A model generated the notes under the pieces. That model was not told where the DNA came from, did not search any database, and saw nothing but the letters and a program-made list of their open reading frames with translations. Shown one piece after another: positions 25,847 through 37,700 of a DNA stretch of 64,000 nucleotides. The translations under genes were made by a program, and so were the position numbers. The first letter of the stretch is position 1; every line of letters begins with the position of its first letter. The stretch is from Paraspadella gotoi (taxonomy: Eukaryota > Animalia > Chaetognatha), in NCBI GenBank assembly GCA_051294375.1, contig CM119271.1:7554162-7618161 (forward strand), given 5' to 3'.

Positions 25847-26757
25847 TATAATTTAAGTTTATAATTTAAAAAAAAAAAAAGAAACGAATTGCTACTGAAT
25901 CGGGCCGTATGACGACGAGCCAACCCCCCCTCCCCTTTTTTTCGTTTGTAAATTATTAATGTCTCGAATTAATTACTCCATTCGTTCAATACATCTTTAT
26001 TGAGATACAAAAAAAAAATTTTTTATTCTCCTTTCCCTCTCTTCCCTCCCCCGACTGCCGCGAATTCACGAATTTTTTTAGTTGCGGAGCTCCAGTTTTG
26101 CTCGTATTTCATTCTTTAATCATTTTATAATCGTTTCAAGATGACGAAGTGGAGCGAGATTGACAATGCGAGTTCCTTTATTTTTGACGGATTTACTGAA
26201 ATCTTCGGATTTGCCTTTTGGCTTTACGATTTAATTTCTTTCCCGAGTTTTTTTTTATAGCCAATACTAACGACGATTATTTTTTTTTTTTAGAATATCC
26301 TCTATCCCACACACTTATATAGCGAATACACCGTTTCTAGATATTGTTCCCACGTCTTTATAGTATGTTTTTCACATGAGCGTTTAGTGAATCGTAACTT
26401 GCGAGTACTCGAGTCTTGCCTTATCCCTAATTGTGCTTGACCACCGAAAGCGACGATGTAAACGTTCCAGACTGCGTTTGTCTTCGAGAAACTGGCTAAA
26501 GGACATCAACCAAGAGAAATTCAAACGCTGAAGTATTTTATCATTATGTACTTTTTTGTATTCATTTATGAATGAATAAGAAATGTAGTTATCAAATAAT
26601 TCAAATTTCTTTACAGCATGTCAAAATGAAACTATTTTTTATTAAGCAAATGAAAATGAGTTTTGACTTCATTCAAATTTGCGATCGCAACAAAAACGAC
26701 CTAAAACTTCCGTGAATCTACGTCTCAATGGTTGATATATCGCATATATCACACATC

Positions 26758-29700
26758 ATGTTTGGGTCAAAAAAGGCGGCGGATTTTAAAAAAAGCGAAA
26801 AAAGTTCGCAAAAGGTTTTGGACACGAAAAAGGATCCCTTAACGCGTCTGCAGCATCTTCATAAATACGTCGTCGACCCGTTGCGAAAACCACAAGACGT
26901 AAAAAACTATTTCAAGTGCAACTACAGCACTATTTACATCGTCTTTCACGATGCTTTTACAAACATTGAGTACACGTTGAGAGACAAGAAAGCCAATAAG
27001 CAACACAGGGAGGATCTTGAACTCTCTTTGGACATCCTTCACCATATTCTGTGTTATCTTCCAGGTTGGTCCTGCATGGTTGAAAACAAAGTTCCGTTTG
27101 GTTTTAATATTTTTAATTACATTTACTTTTCAGAATTAATTCACATGAGATGGCAATTTCATTCCATCCTGACTATTCTGAGACGACTGATTCATCCGAT
27201 AAACTCTTTTACTTTACGGAAATCGGGAATTAAACTCTTCTTGCTGTGGTATCAAATCCTGCAAGAAAATGCTTCAGATGAATGTCATCAAATGTTTATG
27301 CATCTCGTGCCTCTCGTTGGTGTTCGCGAAACCAACTCAGCAGGAACTGAACATGCCGCGGGTTCCGGGTTTTCGTTCTTTTCCTCGGCCTGGCCAAGTC
27401 ATCCATCCTTTAACCCGACAACGTCTGAATCTTCTGGACCTCTGGGCTGGTTACAAGATGTCACTTACCCTTTGCTTCCATCCTCGATAGGGAGCGAAGC
27501 AGGCCCGGATAAATCTCTTCAAGTTATGTTGCAAGATATGGTTTATGAAGGGGCTATGATTCAATGGGATTATTATCCAGATCAATCTTCAGACCAGCAA
27601 GTTTCTGATGAAGTAGCCGGTCAATCTTCCAACATTCCAGTTTCGAGAGTTAGCAGTTGGATTGTGGAGGTGAACAACAAAAAGTGGATTTGTCACCAGG
27701 CACATCAGTTGGCGTTTAATTTTTTGTGGACGTCATTTAAGAAATATTACTTATTAGCATTATTTCCGTCATACAATGAAAGTACAAGTGTATACCAACC
27801 GAAACTAAAATTAGAAGAGTGCTCTAGTGATTTTGAGAGCACTTCTAAAAAAGATTCTTCAATAGCGAAATGTCAGGAAGCCTTGATCTACTGGATCACC
27901 GAGTACATTCGCTTACCCAAAAAGGCTCAACTGAAGCATACAGTTGCCCTTGAACACAGATTTCCTGACGAAGTCTCTAAGGAAGTTGCATTAAGAGACG
28001 ATAATGGTACACTCAAGGCTAACATTCCGTCAGTTGGAGATGGCGATACACTGACTCCATACTCCACACTTCCTTCAGAATACAATGATTCCAATGATTC
28101 TCAAAGCTTTAATCAACTTTTTGATGTATCTTCAAGTTCAATTGGTAATGTTTATGACTTCGTTAAAGATGTTTTGTTCTCTACTCGTGAAAACGTCAAC
28201 GTTATTGTCGAAATATTTCGTCAGGCATGGAAATTACCTATCCCGTTAAAATTACCCCCCTCTCAAACGTATCCACACAGTGCTCAGCGAAGAGTAATAA
28301 ATATCTTCAGAGACTGGCTCCAAGTTGAGCAGCCATCTTTCATGTGGGATCCTGATATGGAACAAGTAAAAATTTACTTGGAGGAAAGGGAACGAATGAA
28401 ACAAGAACAACTGAAATATATCGAACCTCCTTTTCTAGTCAAGCCTGGTAACTTAAACTCTGCAGGATCAGAGAGTGTTCCCTCATTCATGCCAAATATT
28501 GAAAAATTTCATGTCTTTGAAAAAATTGAAGAAGAGAGTGTTCCGGAATCAGTTGCAGATTCTGTTTCCGAGTTCTCTGCGCTTAAATTAGATTCTCTAT
28601 CAGTTGGCACGATTGCAACATCTTCGTCAACTTTAACAGATTTAGTGAAAACTCAAAAATTTGATTCAACTCTTGACAGTGACAGTCGTGAAACTGTCGA
28701 AATGGACTCTGGTGCTTTTGATTCTGAAGGAACGAGTGTTACGGATAGTTTTGTGCCATCTACTGTAAGTGATTCCACTTTTGAAACTGATTTGATCTCT
28801 TCTGCTGGTCAGAAGACTCCTTTTGTTGGTGATGAAGTTTTCTGTCGAATTCGTTCTTGGTCTTATACTATTGCAGTTCAACAAGATATTATTTTGGAAA
28901 ATTCTGATGGAGGTCCAGACATGAGTCAGAGAATTTTGGTTTCTGTTTCGTGGCCACCTATTCCACAGCCAGATCACTTCGTAAGAGCTGGTATTCAGAA
29001 AGTTTTGCAACAATTCATCGTGGATAGTGCCACCGTTTTTTTACAGGAAAATTCGGATAATAATTCAACATACCTTGACTTACAAGTTGATTTATGCAAA
29101 AGAGTACTGAATATTTACCGTTATATGGTAATGCGAGTTTCCATGGACATTGTAACGTGGGAAACTCTGTTGAGAGCGCTTCTTAAAATTACGCAGATTT
29201 TGTTTCAGATCCCACCTCCGGTATCAAAGGAAATCTCGCTTTCAGGCCGTCTTGCTAGTGCAATATTTGGAACACTTATTGTGACTTTTATAAAAGCAAA
29301 TCTAAATGTAGTAGTATCCAAGATATTATGGAATGAATTACTAGAAACCACTGTTAAGTGTACTCATTGGGAAGAGTTGATCATTGAATGGAGCAAAACC
29401 ATGGAAACTTTAACAAGACTAATGGCGCGAGAGGTGTATGGGCTGGATTTAAATAATTTACCATTGGATAGACTTAGCGAACAGAAAGATAAACGCTGGC
29501 GTGGTGCGAACCGAAGGTCTACAGATGACTTTGATGATGCTAATTCTTCACGAGAACGAAAAACAACACGAGCACTACGGCATCCGAAAACGAATACATT
29601 TGGTTCTGATTGGCCTGTTTCTCATCCAATTCAGGGTATTGGAAAACCAATAGAAGAACAAGCTTTTTCTAACTCTTTCACTACGTCTACAAGTGTTGAT

Positions 29701-32700
29701 CATTCCGATGTCTTCAGTTCAACAGTTAGTACTTTTGATACAGTCACTTCTGATACGAAAACTGTTGTGTCATCTTCTACCCAAGAAGCAAATGAATCTT
29801 GGGCCGACTTCAGTAATTTTGAACTAAAAAATGCAGGATCTTTGATTCATAGTAACAAAATAAATTCCCAATTAAATCCTATTGAGCATTCCATGAGTCA
29901 TCCTAGCGGTATTTGTGCTGCATTAAATGACTCTCCTAAGTTTGATAAAAATGAAACATCAATCGCTGGCAGCTCTCATTTACATCCGCCGATGTCACGG
30001 TTTCGTTCTTTTTCCGGTGATGAAGCTATAAAATCCTCGTGGGGTGATGAAACTGAAACGCCTAATTATGTGAATAGAAGGAAAGAAGATACTATAGTGA
30101 CAAACAGTGACAGAGACTCTTGGGGAAGTACTGTTAGTAACAGTGTACATCAACAAAGTGAAATGGGTTCAACTTGGTCAACGCATGATGAACCATGTCG
30201 CAAAGGAGATAACTCAAGAGACAGTGGGGTAGACGGAGGGATTGTTGATTCTGGTAATTCACCTCAGTCTTCTTTAGTAAGATCATCCAGTGACTCTAAT
30301 ATTTCAGAAGCCTCTTCGGGACTAACACAAAGAAGCAGTAGAGAACTTTCGCATGGAAACAATGAATTTAGTTCCCAAGATGGTCATCATCTAAGTATAT
30401 TTGATCCAGTTTCTGTTGTAAGTGAAGTCGGTAGTTGCCATCAGGTTGGGAAAAACGGTGATCATTCTGGAGAAACTGTTTCTATTCAAAGCATAACAAC
30501 TGAAGATTCTTGCTGTGTTGATGTTCAGAGCAATTATTCGGTAGAAAGCAATGGGAATCCCAATGTTGGAGTCATTGCAAGCGATCCAACCATTACCGTG
30601 TCAACTGATTCTCGGAATTCTTCAGCGATTTCGAGTGAGCTAAAAATTAATGCATCCTTGAATCAAGCTGATAAACAAAGTATCCATAGTGCTAATAGTG
30701 GAGGAAGTGATCCTTCACATACTTCTCTGTGCCCGTCACCTAGTATTGACCAGATATATTCAACAGCCGTATTGAATGAAGAAGCAGATGATAAATATCA
30801 AGAGAGTCTCCAAATCGAGGATGATGATGGCAGGGTAGACGATGTAACTGTTGATGAGGTGATTGATGAAACCCGGCGAATGAGAATGAATGAAATTGAT
30901 AAATCAGATTCTTATTGTGGAGAACTCGTAACTGAGAAGCAGCAAAATTCTAGGACTGATTTATCTATATTAGCTGGGGGTAATGTCAGAGGCTGGACTC
31001 CTGAAGTTTCATCTGTTTTATGGAAACGAATGCTTTGTATTCTTGGGGACATAAACAATATTCAAGATCCTGACATTCATGCGCAGATTATAGATTGTCT
31101 TAATGATTTCTGTGATACATTACGGAAAATAAAGGATAATCTTGGGATATCAATTGATAATCAAAGGACACCAGATTATCCAGAATACTCTCCTCCCATA
31201 AGCATGATTACGCCTTGGCTCTTTAAAGCAGCGTTTGGAATGTCAGAGAGATACAAGAAGGGGAAGGTTCTAGCATTTCGACTTTTGTGTAATATGACAG
31301 TTCAACGCGACACGTTGCACGTTCTTCCGCTTGATCATTTTGCAGGATTTTACCGAGCCATACATATTGGTTTTTGGGGAGAAGGTCGGTCTTCCCATCT
31401 GGTAAAAACTGTCGAGGAAAACATTTTAACCCAATTGTCATATCACACAGAAATGGATATTGAAATTATTTCAACAGTCTTTAAGGCTTGTGGATCTAAT
31501 ATTTTTAGTTATTCCCTTCCTGGTGTTTCTCTACTTTTGGTAAACTTTGTCCAGGCTGCTTCTTGCCTTCTTGCCTCAAGTGAACGATTTGATAAGAAAG
31601 AGAAAATAAGTGCAAGCATTGAGTTAGGAGGAATTCCGAGAACCGAAGCAGTTGCTGTATTAGGCTCTCTTTTATGCCACTGTAGTCATCTCAGCAGAGG
31701 TGGTAATCAAAAAGTACAGGTCTTAAGGCCGGGTCGATTTATCGATTTTGAAGAAAGTGCCTATTTTGTACAACCTAAGACAATTAAGGATACAATTTTT
31801 TCGCAGCTCGTTAAAACCGCTAATAGTGAACCGATGGAAAGTTCTGCAAAATCTGTTGCTTTAAGTGCATTGGTGACCCACATTTATGAAGAACTTTCAC
31901 ATCAGAAAAGGCGACTCAGCAACGGGTCAGATTACCTAGTTCAAAAGAGTTCGCTTCAACCCATTTCTGAATCAACTACAGTTACAAAAAAAGTGCATCA
32001 ACTAATAAATATCCTTTGTTGTTGCCTTGATCAAAGCAATAAAACTGAAAATCGTATTGTTAGAATTGCTTGTGATTCGTTGTCGTTGTTATGTGATCAC
32101 AGCAGTTTTTTTGTCAACAATTGCCCCAACCTTGTAAAATCGATTTTTTTAACTTTATTATGGAGTTTATATAGTTGTGCATCCCAATGTGATCTCACTG
32201 AAAATGAAGAGGTTAAAGGTTTAGAAAAATCTCTTATAATTTCTCTCTTAATGTGTCTTTACAACTGGTGTATGGTCACACCAATAGAATTTTTAATTAT
32301 GCCAGAAATTAATGGAGACATATCGCAAACTTTATTGGCAAAAGTTTTTAAAGTAGTTCACACGTTTGAATCAAAGTGTGCAGTTTCAAGACCATTTTTC
32401 AACCAGCTAAAAGAGAATTTTTTGACATTGGTAGACTCTAAAGATTTTTTTGGTGTTCATCCAACTTCCATTCAAAATAAAAAACCTTTTATACCTAGCA
32501 GTGGTCAAACGCCAGCGGATCTTTCTTTGGACACTTCTTATCCCCAAACTTCGGTCAGTTTGTGTGCCAAATTTGTTCTCACTTCCATCATAAATCATAT
32601 GGGTCATTGGCCCTTTCAAGCAGGCGCTTCTTGTTTATCTTCTTTGATTCACGAGTGTCATGATTCTCATTCACAAAACACTGATAAAGAGGAAGAAGAA

Positions 32701-34317
32701 TTAACAGCTGCAATATTTAATTCTCCGAATTCTCAGTTTTTAGTTTTTAATAGTTCTTGCCTCGTTTCTCTCGTAGAACTTAAATCGCCTAATGAAACAC
32801 CTGGAGCTGGCCCTGGAGGAGCTGGTCTTTCATCTGGCGAAACCATTGTAAGGGTTATAATTCGTGATTTTTTGGGCAAAACTTCGTGGGATTCTGCTTT
32901 ATTGTATGGTCCACTTCGAGAAAAGATGATGACAGGAATTCATGCACCATCCTCAGCTTCGAAAACTCGTGAAGAAATCACCTCAGAATCCTCCGAGCGT
33001 TTATCGATCGATCAGTTGTTAGGATCAAGAAACCTCGATGACGTCTGTCGCAGTGATATAGATTATTTAGATCCACTACTTCAATACATTGGGAGCTCTT
33101 CACCCGAATGCCTTATTAAGTTGGGCGTCGCTTTAAATCAGCCAGCTCTTCCACCAGTAGCCTTCAACGCATTCCTAGAAGAAGCCGTAGTAAACATGGT
33201 GAGAACCGAATCGCAGATTGAATCACAAAAAATAGATTCACATGGAACATGGGATGATGCCGTCGATGTAGGACCAACTGTATCGGTTAAAGCCGACTCT
33301 TCTCAGTTTAAATTGAGTCGAATGTTTCTCAATGACTTGAATTGCATGATTTGGGAAAAAAGACCCAAGATCGATCTTCTTCGAAAGAGCGATCGGCTTT
33401 TAAGGGAGCTAAAAAATCTGGATGCACAAAGATGTAGGGAAACGCATAAATTGGCTGTTATTTATATCAAGAATGGCCAAGAGGACAAGGTTTCAATTCT
33501 TAGCAATCAGAAAGGCTCCTCGGAATATGAACAGTTTTTAGCAGGTCTTGGTTGGGAAATAGACCTTGTTACTCACGTCGGTTTCATGGCTGGTCTTCAA
33601 AGAAATCAGTCCAACGGCCCTACTACTGTGTATTGGGCATCGCCTACGACCGAGGTGACTTTCCACGTTTCCACTCGAATGCCTGGGTCAACAGAAGACG
33701 AGCGTCACCGGAAGCTGCGCCACCTGGGAAACGACGAGATTCAGATTGTTTGGAGCGAGCATTACCGAGACTATCGAAGAGGGGTAATTCCTACAGAGTT
33801 CGGCGACGTACTTATTTGCATATACCCCTTGCCATCGAAACTATTCCGTATAAAGATAATGAAAAAATCAGATGTTCCATCCTTTGGTCCTCTCTACGAC
33901 GGTGCCATAGTTGATCGCAACAGTTTATCGGGTTTAGTTCGGGCCACAGCCATAAATGCCAGTCGCGCCAAGCGATCAACCTTAGCTTATTACGTCGAAT
34001 TTTTCGAAGAGAGATCCAAAAATTTGAAAAAAATTATAGATCAACATCGTCATCCATCAACCTTTGAAGATTTTGCTTCAAAAGTCTTTGTACCTATCAT
34101 ACATCCCTCCACTGGTGAACGAGGAATTCGTTTGAATTCCGCTGCTTCAGCATTTTCCGGCAAGTTCTCGACTCAAATGGGTTCTCGTGACAATCGAGAA
34201 TTTGGTGCGAAATCATCGCCTCTTGCAACATCCTTGGGTCTTGTCCCCGAGGGGAACTATAATGATGGTGTCTTACAACTTACAGATTTGAAACTCGATA
34301 CCTATACTACGATTTAA
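26758..34317 (+). CDS. RALGAPA1: Ral GTPase-activating protein alpha (catalytic) subunit; one 69-nt intron 27065-27133 then a ~7.2-kb exon
   Basis: N-terminus MFGSKK...KKSSQKVLDTKKDPLTRLQHL, WQFHSI, LFLLWYQIL and a C-terminal RapGAP domain RETHKLAVIY...FHVSTRMP...KLRHLGNDEIQIVWSEH (Asn thumb), FGPLYDGAIV. Invertebrate co-ortholog of RALGAPA1/2. Confidence 0.92.
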   Translation: MFGSKKAADFKKSEKSSQKVLDTKKDPLTRLQHLHKYVVDPLRKPQDVKNYFKCNYSTIYIVFHDAFTNIEYTLRDKKANKQHREDLELSLDILHHILCYLPGWSCMVENKVPFGFNIFNYIYFSELIHMRWQFHSILTILRRLIHPINSFTLRKSGIKLFLLWYQILQENASDECHQMFMHLVPLVGVRETNSAGTEHAAGSGFSFFSSAWPSHPSFNPTTSESSGPLGWLQDVTYPLLPSSIGSEAGPDKSLQVMLQDMVYEGAMIQWDYYPDQSSDQQVSDEVAGQSSNIPVSRVSSWIVEVNNKKWICHQAHQLAFNFLWTSFKKYYLLALFPSYNESTSVYQPKLKLEECSSDFESTSKKDSSIAKCQEALIYWITEYIRLPKKAQLKHTVALEHRFPDEVSKEVALRDDNGTLKANIPSVGDGDTLTPYSTLPSEYNDSNDSQSFNQLFDVSSSSIGNVYDFVKDVLFSTRENVNVIVEIFRQAWKLPIPLKLPPSQTYPHSAQRRVINIFRDWLQVEQPSFMWDPDMEQVKIYLEERERMKQEQLKYIEPPFLVKPGNLNSAGSESVPSFMPNIEKFHVFEKIEEESVPESVADSVSEFSALKLDSLSVGTIATSSSTLTDLVKTQKFDSTLDSDSRETVEMDSGAFDSEGTSVTDSFVPSTVSDSTFETDLISSAGQKTPFVGDEVFCRIRSWSYTIAVQQDIILENSDGGPDMSQRILVSVSWPPIPQPDHFVRAGIQKVLQQFIVDSATVFLQENSDNNSTYLDLQVDLCKRVLNIYRYMVMRVSMDIVTWETLLRALLKITQILFQIPPPVSKEISLSGRLASAIFGTLIVTFIKANLNVVVSKILWNELLETTVKCTHWEELIIEWSKTMETLTRLMAREVYGLDLNNLPLDRLSEQKDKRWRGANRRSTDDFDDANSSRERKTTRALRHPKTNTFGSDWPVSHPIQGIGKPIEEQAFSNSFTTSTSVDHSDVFSSTVSTFDTVTSDTKTVVSSSTQEANESWADFSNFELKNAGSLIHSNKINSQLNPIEHSMSHPSGICAALNDSPKFDKNETSIAGSSHLHPPMSRFRSFSGDEAIKSSWGDETETPNYVNRRKEDTIVTNSDRDSWGSTVSNSVHQQSEMGSTWSTHDEPCRKGDNSRDSGVDGGIVDSGNSPQSSLVRSSSDSNISEASSGLTQRSSRELSHGNNEFSSQDGHHLSIFDPVSVVSEVGSCHQVGKNGDHSGETVSIQSITTEDSCCVDVQSNYSVESNGNPNVGVIASDPTITVSTDSRNSSAISSELKINASLNQADKQSIHSANSGGSDPSHTSLCPSPSIDQIYSTAVLNEEADDKYQESLQIEDDDGRVDDVTVDEVIDETRRMRMNEIDKSDSYCGELVTEKQQNSRTDLSILAGGNVRGWTPEVSSVLWKRMLCILGDINNIQDPDIHAQIIDCLNDFCDTLRKIKDNLGISIDNQRTPDYPEYSPPISMITPWLFKAAFGMSERYKKGKVLAFRLLCNMTVQRDTLHVLPLDHFAGFYRAIHIGFWGEGRSSHLVKTVEENILTQLSYHTEMDIEIISTVFKACGSNIFSYSLPGVSLLLVNFVQAASCLLASSERFDKKEKISASIELGGIPRTEAVAVLGSLLCHCSHLSRGGNQKVQVLRPGRFIDFEESAYFVQPKTIKDTIFSQLVKTANSEPMESSAKSVALSALVTHIYEELSHQKRRLSNGSDYLVQKSSLQPISESTTVTKKVHQLINILCCCLDQSNKTENRIVRIACDSLSLLCDHSSFFVNNCPNLVKSIFLTLLWSLYSCASQCDLTENEEVKGLEKSLIISLLMCLYNWCMVTPIEFLIMPEINGDISQTLLAKVFKVVHTFESKCAVSRPFFNQLKENFLTLVDSKDFFGVHPTSIQNKKPFIPSSGQTPADLSLDTSYPQTSVSLCAKFVLTSIINHMGHWPFQAGASCLSSLIHECHDSHSQNTDKEEEELTAAIFNSPNSQFLVFNSSCLVSLVELKSPNETPGAGPGGAGLSSGETIVRVIIRDFLGKTSWDSALLYGPLREKMMTGIHAPSSASKTREEITSESSERLSIDQLLGSRNLDDVCRSDIDYLDPLLQYIGSSSPECLIKLGVALNQPALPPVAFNAFLEEAVVNMVRTESQIESQKIDSHGTWDDAVDVGPTVSVKADSSQFKLSRMFLNDLNCMIWEKRPKIDLLRKSDRLLRELKNLDAQRCRETHKLAVIYIKNGQEDKVSILSNQKGSSEYEQFLAGLGWEIDLVTHVGFMAGLQRNQSNGPTTVYWASPTTEVTFHVSTRMPGSTEDERHRKLRHLGNDEIQIVWSEHYRDYRRGVIPTEFGDVLICIYPLPSKLFRIKIMKKSDVPSFGPLYDGAIVDRNSLSGLVRATAINASRAKRSTLAYYVEFFEERSKNLKKIIDQHRHPSTFEDFASKVFVPIIHPSTGERGIRLNSAASAFSGKFSTQMGSRDNREFGAKSSPLATSLGLVPEGNYNDGVLQLTDLKLDTYTTI

Positions 34318-34797
34318 AAAAAATTAGTTGATTCTGTTCATTTTTATTAATAGTTTTTCTAACTTATTTCATGTTTTCTGTTTTTATATTGATGTCTGTT
34401 TCAAGATGCTAGTCATGTAAGGTTTTCAAGCGCAAGACCTTGCGGAGTTTTTTTTTAAAGCGTTTTAAAATTATTAAACCTTAGAACTTTATAATTTTTC
34501 AGCTTTTTAACTTGTAAGTTTTTGAAAACCTTACTTTACCACGGAATAAAATTTGGAATTGTTATTAATTAGATAAACTTCTCAAATGAAGCTAACATGG
34601 GAGAATATTCTGCCGATTAATTAATTGAAGAATAACTTTCAACAGCTAAATTCGATCAGTATTGTCATAATTTTTAATTGTTTGTCTGAAATACACAAAA
34701 TTAATCTCTTACCACGAATCAGGCTTGAAAATGGTTACCATTATTACAATTTTTCAGATAAGTGTTTGTATTTTTCAACCAAACCAAAACCGTCACC

Positions 34798-37700
34798 ATG
34801 TCGAAAATGACGGATTCCAAATACTTTACCACCACTAAAAAGGGGGAAATATTCGAATTAAAAGCCGAATTGAACTCGGACAGAAAAGAAAAGAAGAAAG
34901 AGGCTGTTAAGAAAGTGATTGCGTCTATGACCGTCGGAAAAGATGTCAGGTGAGCACCCACCATAATTTTGTCGATGGAGAGAATAGTACAACGAAAAAC
35001 CCAAATCATTTTTTTTTCAGCGCCTTGTTTCCGGACGTTGTCAATTGCATGCAAACCGATAACTTGGAGCTAAAGAAGTTGGTGTATTTATATTTGATGA
35101 ATTACGCCAAGTCTCAGCCGGACATGGCCATCATGGCGGTGAATACTTTCGTGAAGGTACGTTAAAAGGCAACTAGATTCGCTGATTTCTCCGCGAGGTT
35201 TAATCGATCCAATTTCCGCAGGATTGCGAGGACACCAACCCCTTGATTCGTGCTTTAGCCGTCCGAACGATGGGGTGTATACGGGTGGATAAAATCACGG
35301 AGTATCTTTGCGAACCGCTTCGGAAATGCCTCAAGGCGAGACTGAATCATTTACTTTTATTCCTCACCGAGTTCTAAAGTCTGTTTCGTTTTCCTCCCGG
35401 AATTAGGACGAGGATCCGTACGTGAGAAAGACCGCCGCCGTTTGCGTCGCGAAGCTCCATGACATCAACGCTCAACTGGTGGAGGACCAGGGATTTCTTG
35501 AGCTCCTTAAAGATTTGTTGTCAGACTCTAATCCCATGGTGAGGGGCGAAGAAGATAAATTAATATTTTTTCTCTCTTACATACATGTATTATTTCGATT
35601 TTTAGGTGGTGGCCAACGCTGTGGCCGCCCTTTCGGAAATCGCCGAGGCTTCTCCGCACTTGCAAGTCCTCGACATGAATTCCTCCACCATCAACAAGCT
35701 GCTGACGGCTCTCAATGAGTGCACCGAGTGGGGACAAGTTTTCATCCTCGATTGCCTCTCCACTTATACACCAAAAGACGACCGCGAGGCTCAGTCTACC
35801 TGCGAGCGTGTCACCCCTCGCCTGGCTCACGCCAATGCCGCCGTTGTCCTCTCCGCTGTCAAGGTGCCTTCATTTTTTGGGTTTTTTTTTTTTTTTTTTG
35901 GTTCAAGGCTGGAAGAAGGCGGATTGACCTCCGCCCGTTTTTGTTTTTTATCCACAGGTTCTAATGAAGTACATGGAGATGTTGGACCCGACGTCCGAGT
36001 TCGTAGTCAACCTACAAAAGAAACTCGCGCCGCCGCTGGTGACGCTGCTTTCCGCAGAACCCGAGATTCAATACGTGGCGCTGCGGAACATCAACCTCAT
36101 CGTGCAGAAGAGATCGGAGATCCTGAAGAACGAGATGAAAGTCTTTTTCGTCAAATACAACGATCCCATCTACGTAAAGCTGGAGAAACTCGACATCATG
36201 ATCAGGTTGGGGAGGTTTACGATAGGAAGAACGCGGAAAGATTTATTGATTAGTTTTTAGTTATTTCTTTTTTTCGGAAAGGGTTTTTAAATTTTAAAAA
36301 GTTACAAATTTTTTTTTTTTAATTGGCAAAGTCGCCAAATGTTTTTGGATATTGTAAAGTTAAAACAAATTTTTGGTTATTTTTTGTATCATAAACTTTT
36401 CTAGCCTTTATCTTTAATCCATTTTATCTTATAAAAAAAATTTACGCATTTTGAAAAGGCTCAAACTTTAAAAAAAACGGAAGACTTAAGCCGATTTTTT
36501 TTGAAAGACCCATTTAACGAACCATGATTTCTTAACAGATTGACCAACGGGACGAACATCTCCCAAGTGTTGGCCGAACTCAAGGAATACGCAACTGAGG
36601 TGGACGTTGATTTCGTGCGCAAGTCCGTCCGCGCTATCGGACGTTGCGCCATTAAGGTGGGCATGAAGGTGAGATTTTTTAAAGAGAAACAAACTTTTCA
36701 TAAGGAAAGAATTGAACCAAAACAGGTGGAATCAGCGGCCGAGCGATGCGTTTCCACGCTACTGGACCTGATTCAAACCAAGGTCAACTATGTAGTGCAA
36801 GAGGCCATCGTCGTCATCAAGGACATATTCCGGAAATACCCTAATAAATACGAGAGCATCATCTCCACTCTCTGCGAGAATCTTGATTCGCTCGACGAGC
36901 CCGAGGCCAGGTGTGGAGACGGCTATTGGCTATCGATTTCAACTTTAAACTTGAGTGGGTTTGTTTGGTTTTTTTTTCATTAAAGGGCGTCGATGATTTG
37001 GATCATCGGGGAATACGCGGAGAGGATCGACAACGCCGACGAGCTGCTCGAAAGCTTTTTGGAAGGTTTCGCCGACGAAAACACTCAAGTTCAACTCCAG
37101 GTAATCTTTATTTCCAATGCTGTTGTCCCATGAAAGTTAGATAATCACACTTTCGTGCTTTGCGTCTCAAAACTCGCTAACCCTCCGCTCTTACAGCTGC
37201 TGACGGCCATCGTGAAGCTCTTTCTCAAAAAGCCGACGGAGACTCAGGACCTAGTGCAGCAAGTGCTGTCCTTAGCCACCCAAGATTCGGACAACCCCGA
37301 CCTGAGGGACAGAGGATACATCTACTGGAGGCTTCTCTCCACCGACCCGGCCGCCGCTAAGGTCTGTTCTTAATCAGCCAATCGTTGTGAGACTTGACAT
37401 TTTACTCAAGTGTTATTATCGATCCAGGAAGTCGTTTTGGCGGAGAAGCCTCTCATTTCCGAAGAGACGGATTTGTTGGAACCGACCCTGCTCGACGAAC
37501 TCATCTGCCACATCTCGTCCTTGGCTTCCGTTTATCACAAACCTCCTTCGGCCTTCGTCGAGGGCACCAGGGTCGGCGAAACGCGGAGGTTCGTGTGAGA
37601 TTAAAACATTTTCTTTTACACAAGTAAAATCATTTTGGGTTTCTGCTCGAAGGGTTTTGCCCCGCGTGGCCTCGGGCGAAGTGGAGGAAGCCGCCGCCGC

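Noticed and set aside
26377-26533. U3 or C/D-like RNA (AGCGTTT...AAACGCTGA)
   Set aside because: No canonical box C and no U3 box A or B similarity.
26728-26757. ORF-track starts for RALGAPA (26728) and PHF10 (45147)
   Set aside because: RALGAPA homology begins at MFGSKK (26758). The PHF10 extension is T-rich spacer starting at a non-ATG codon, so the likely start is 45252.
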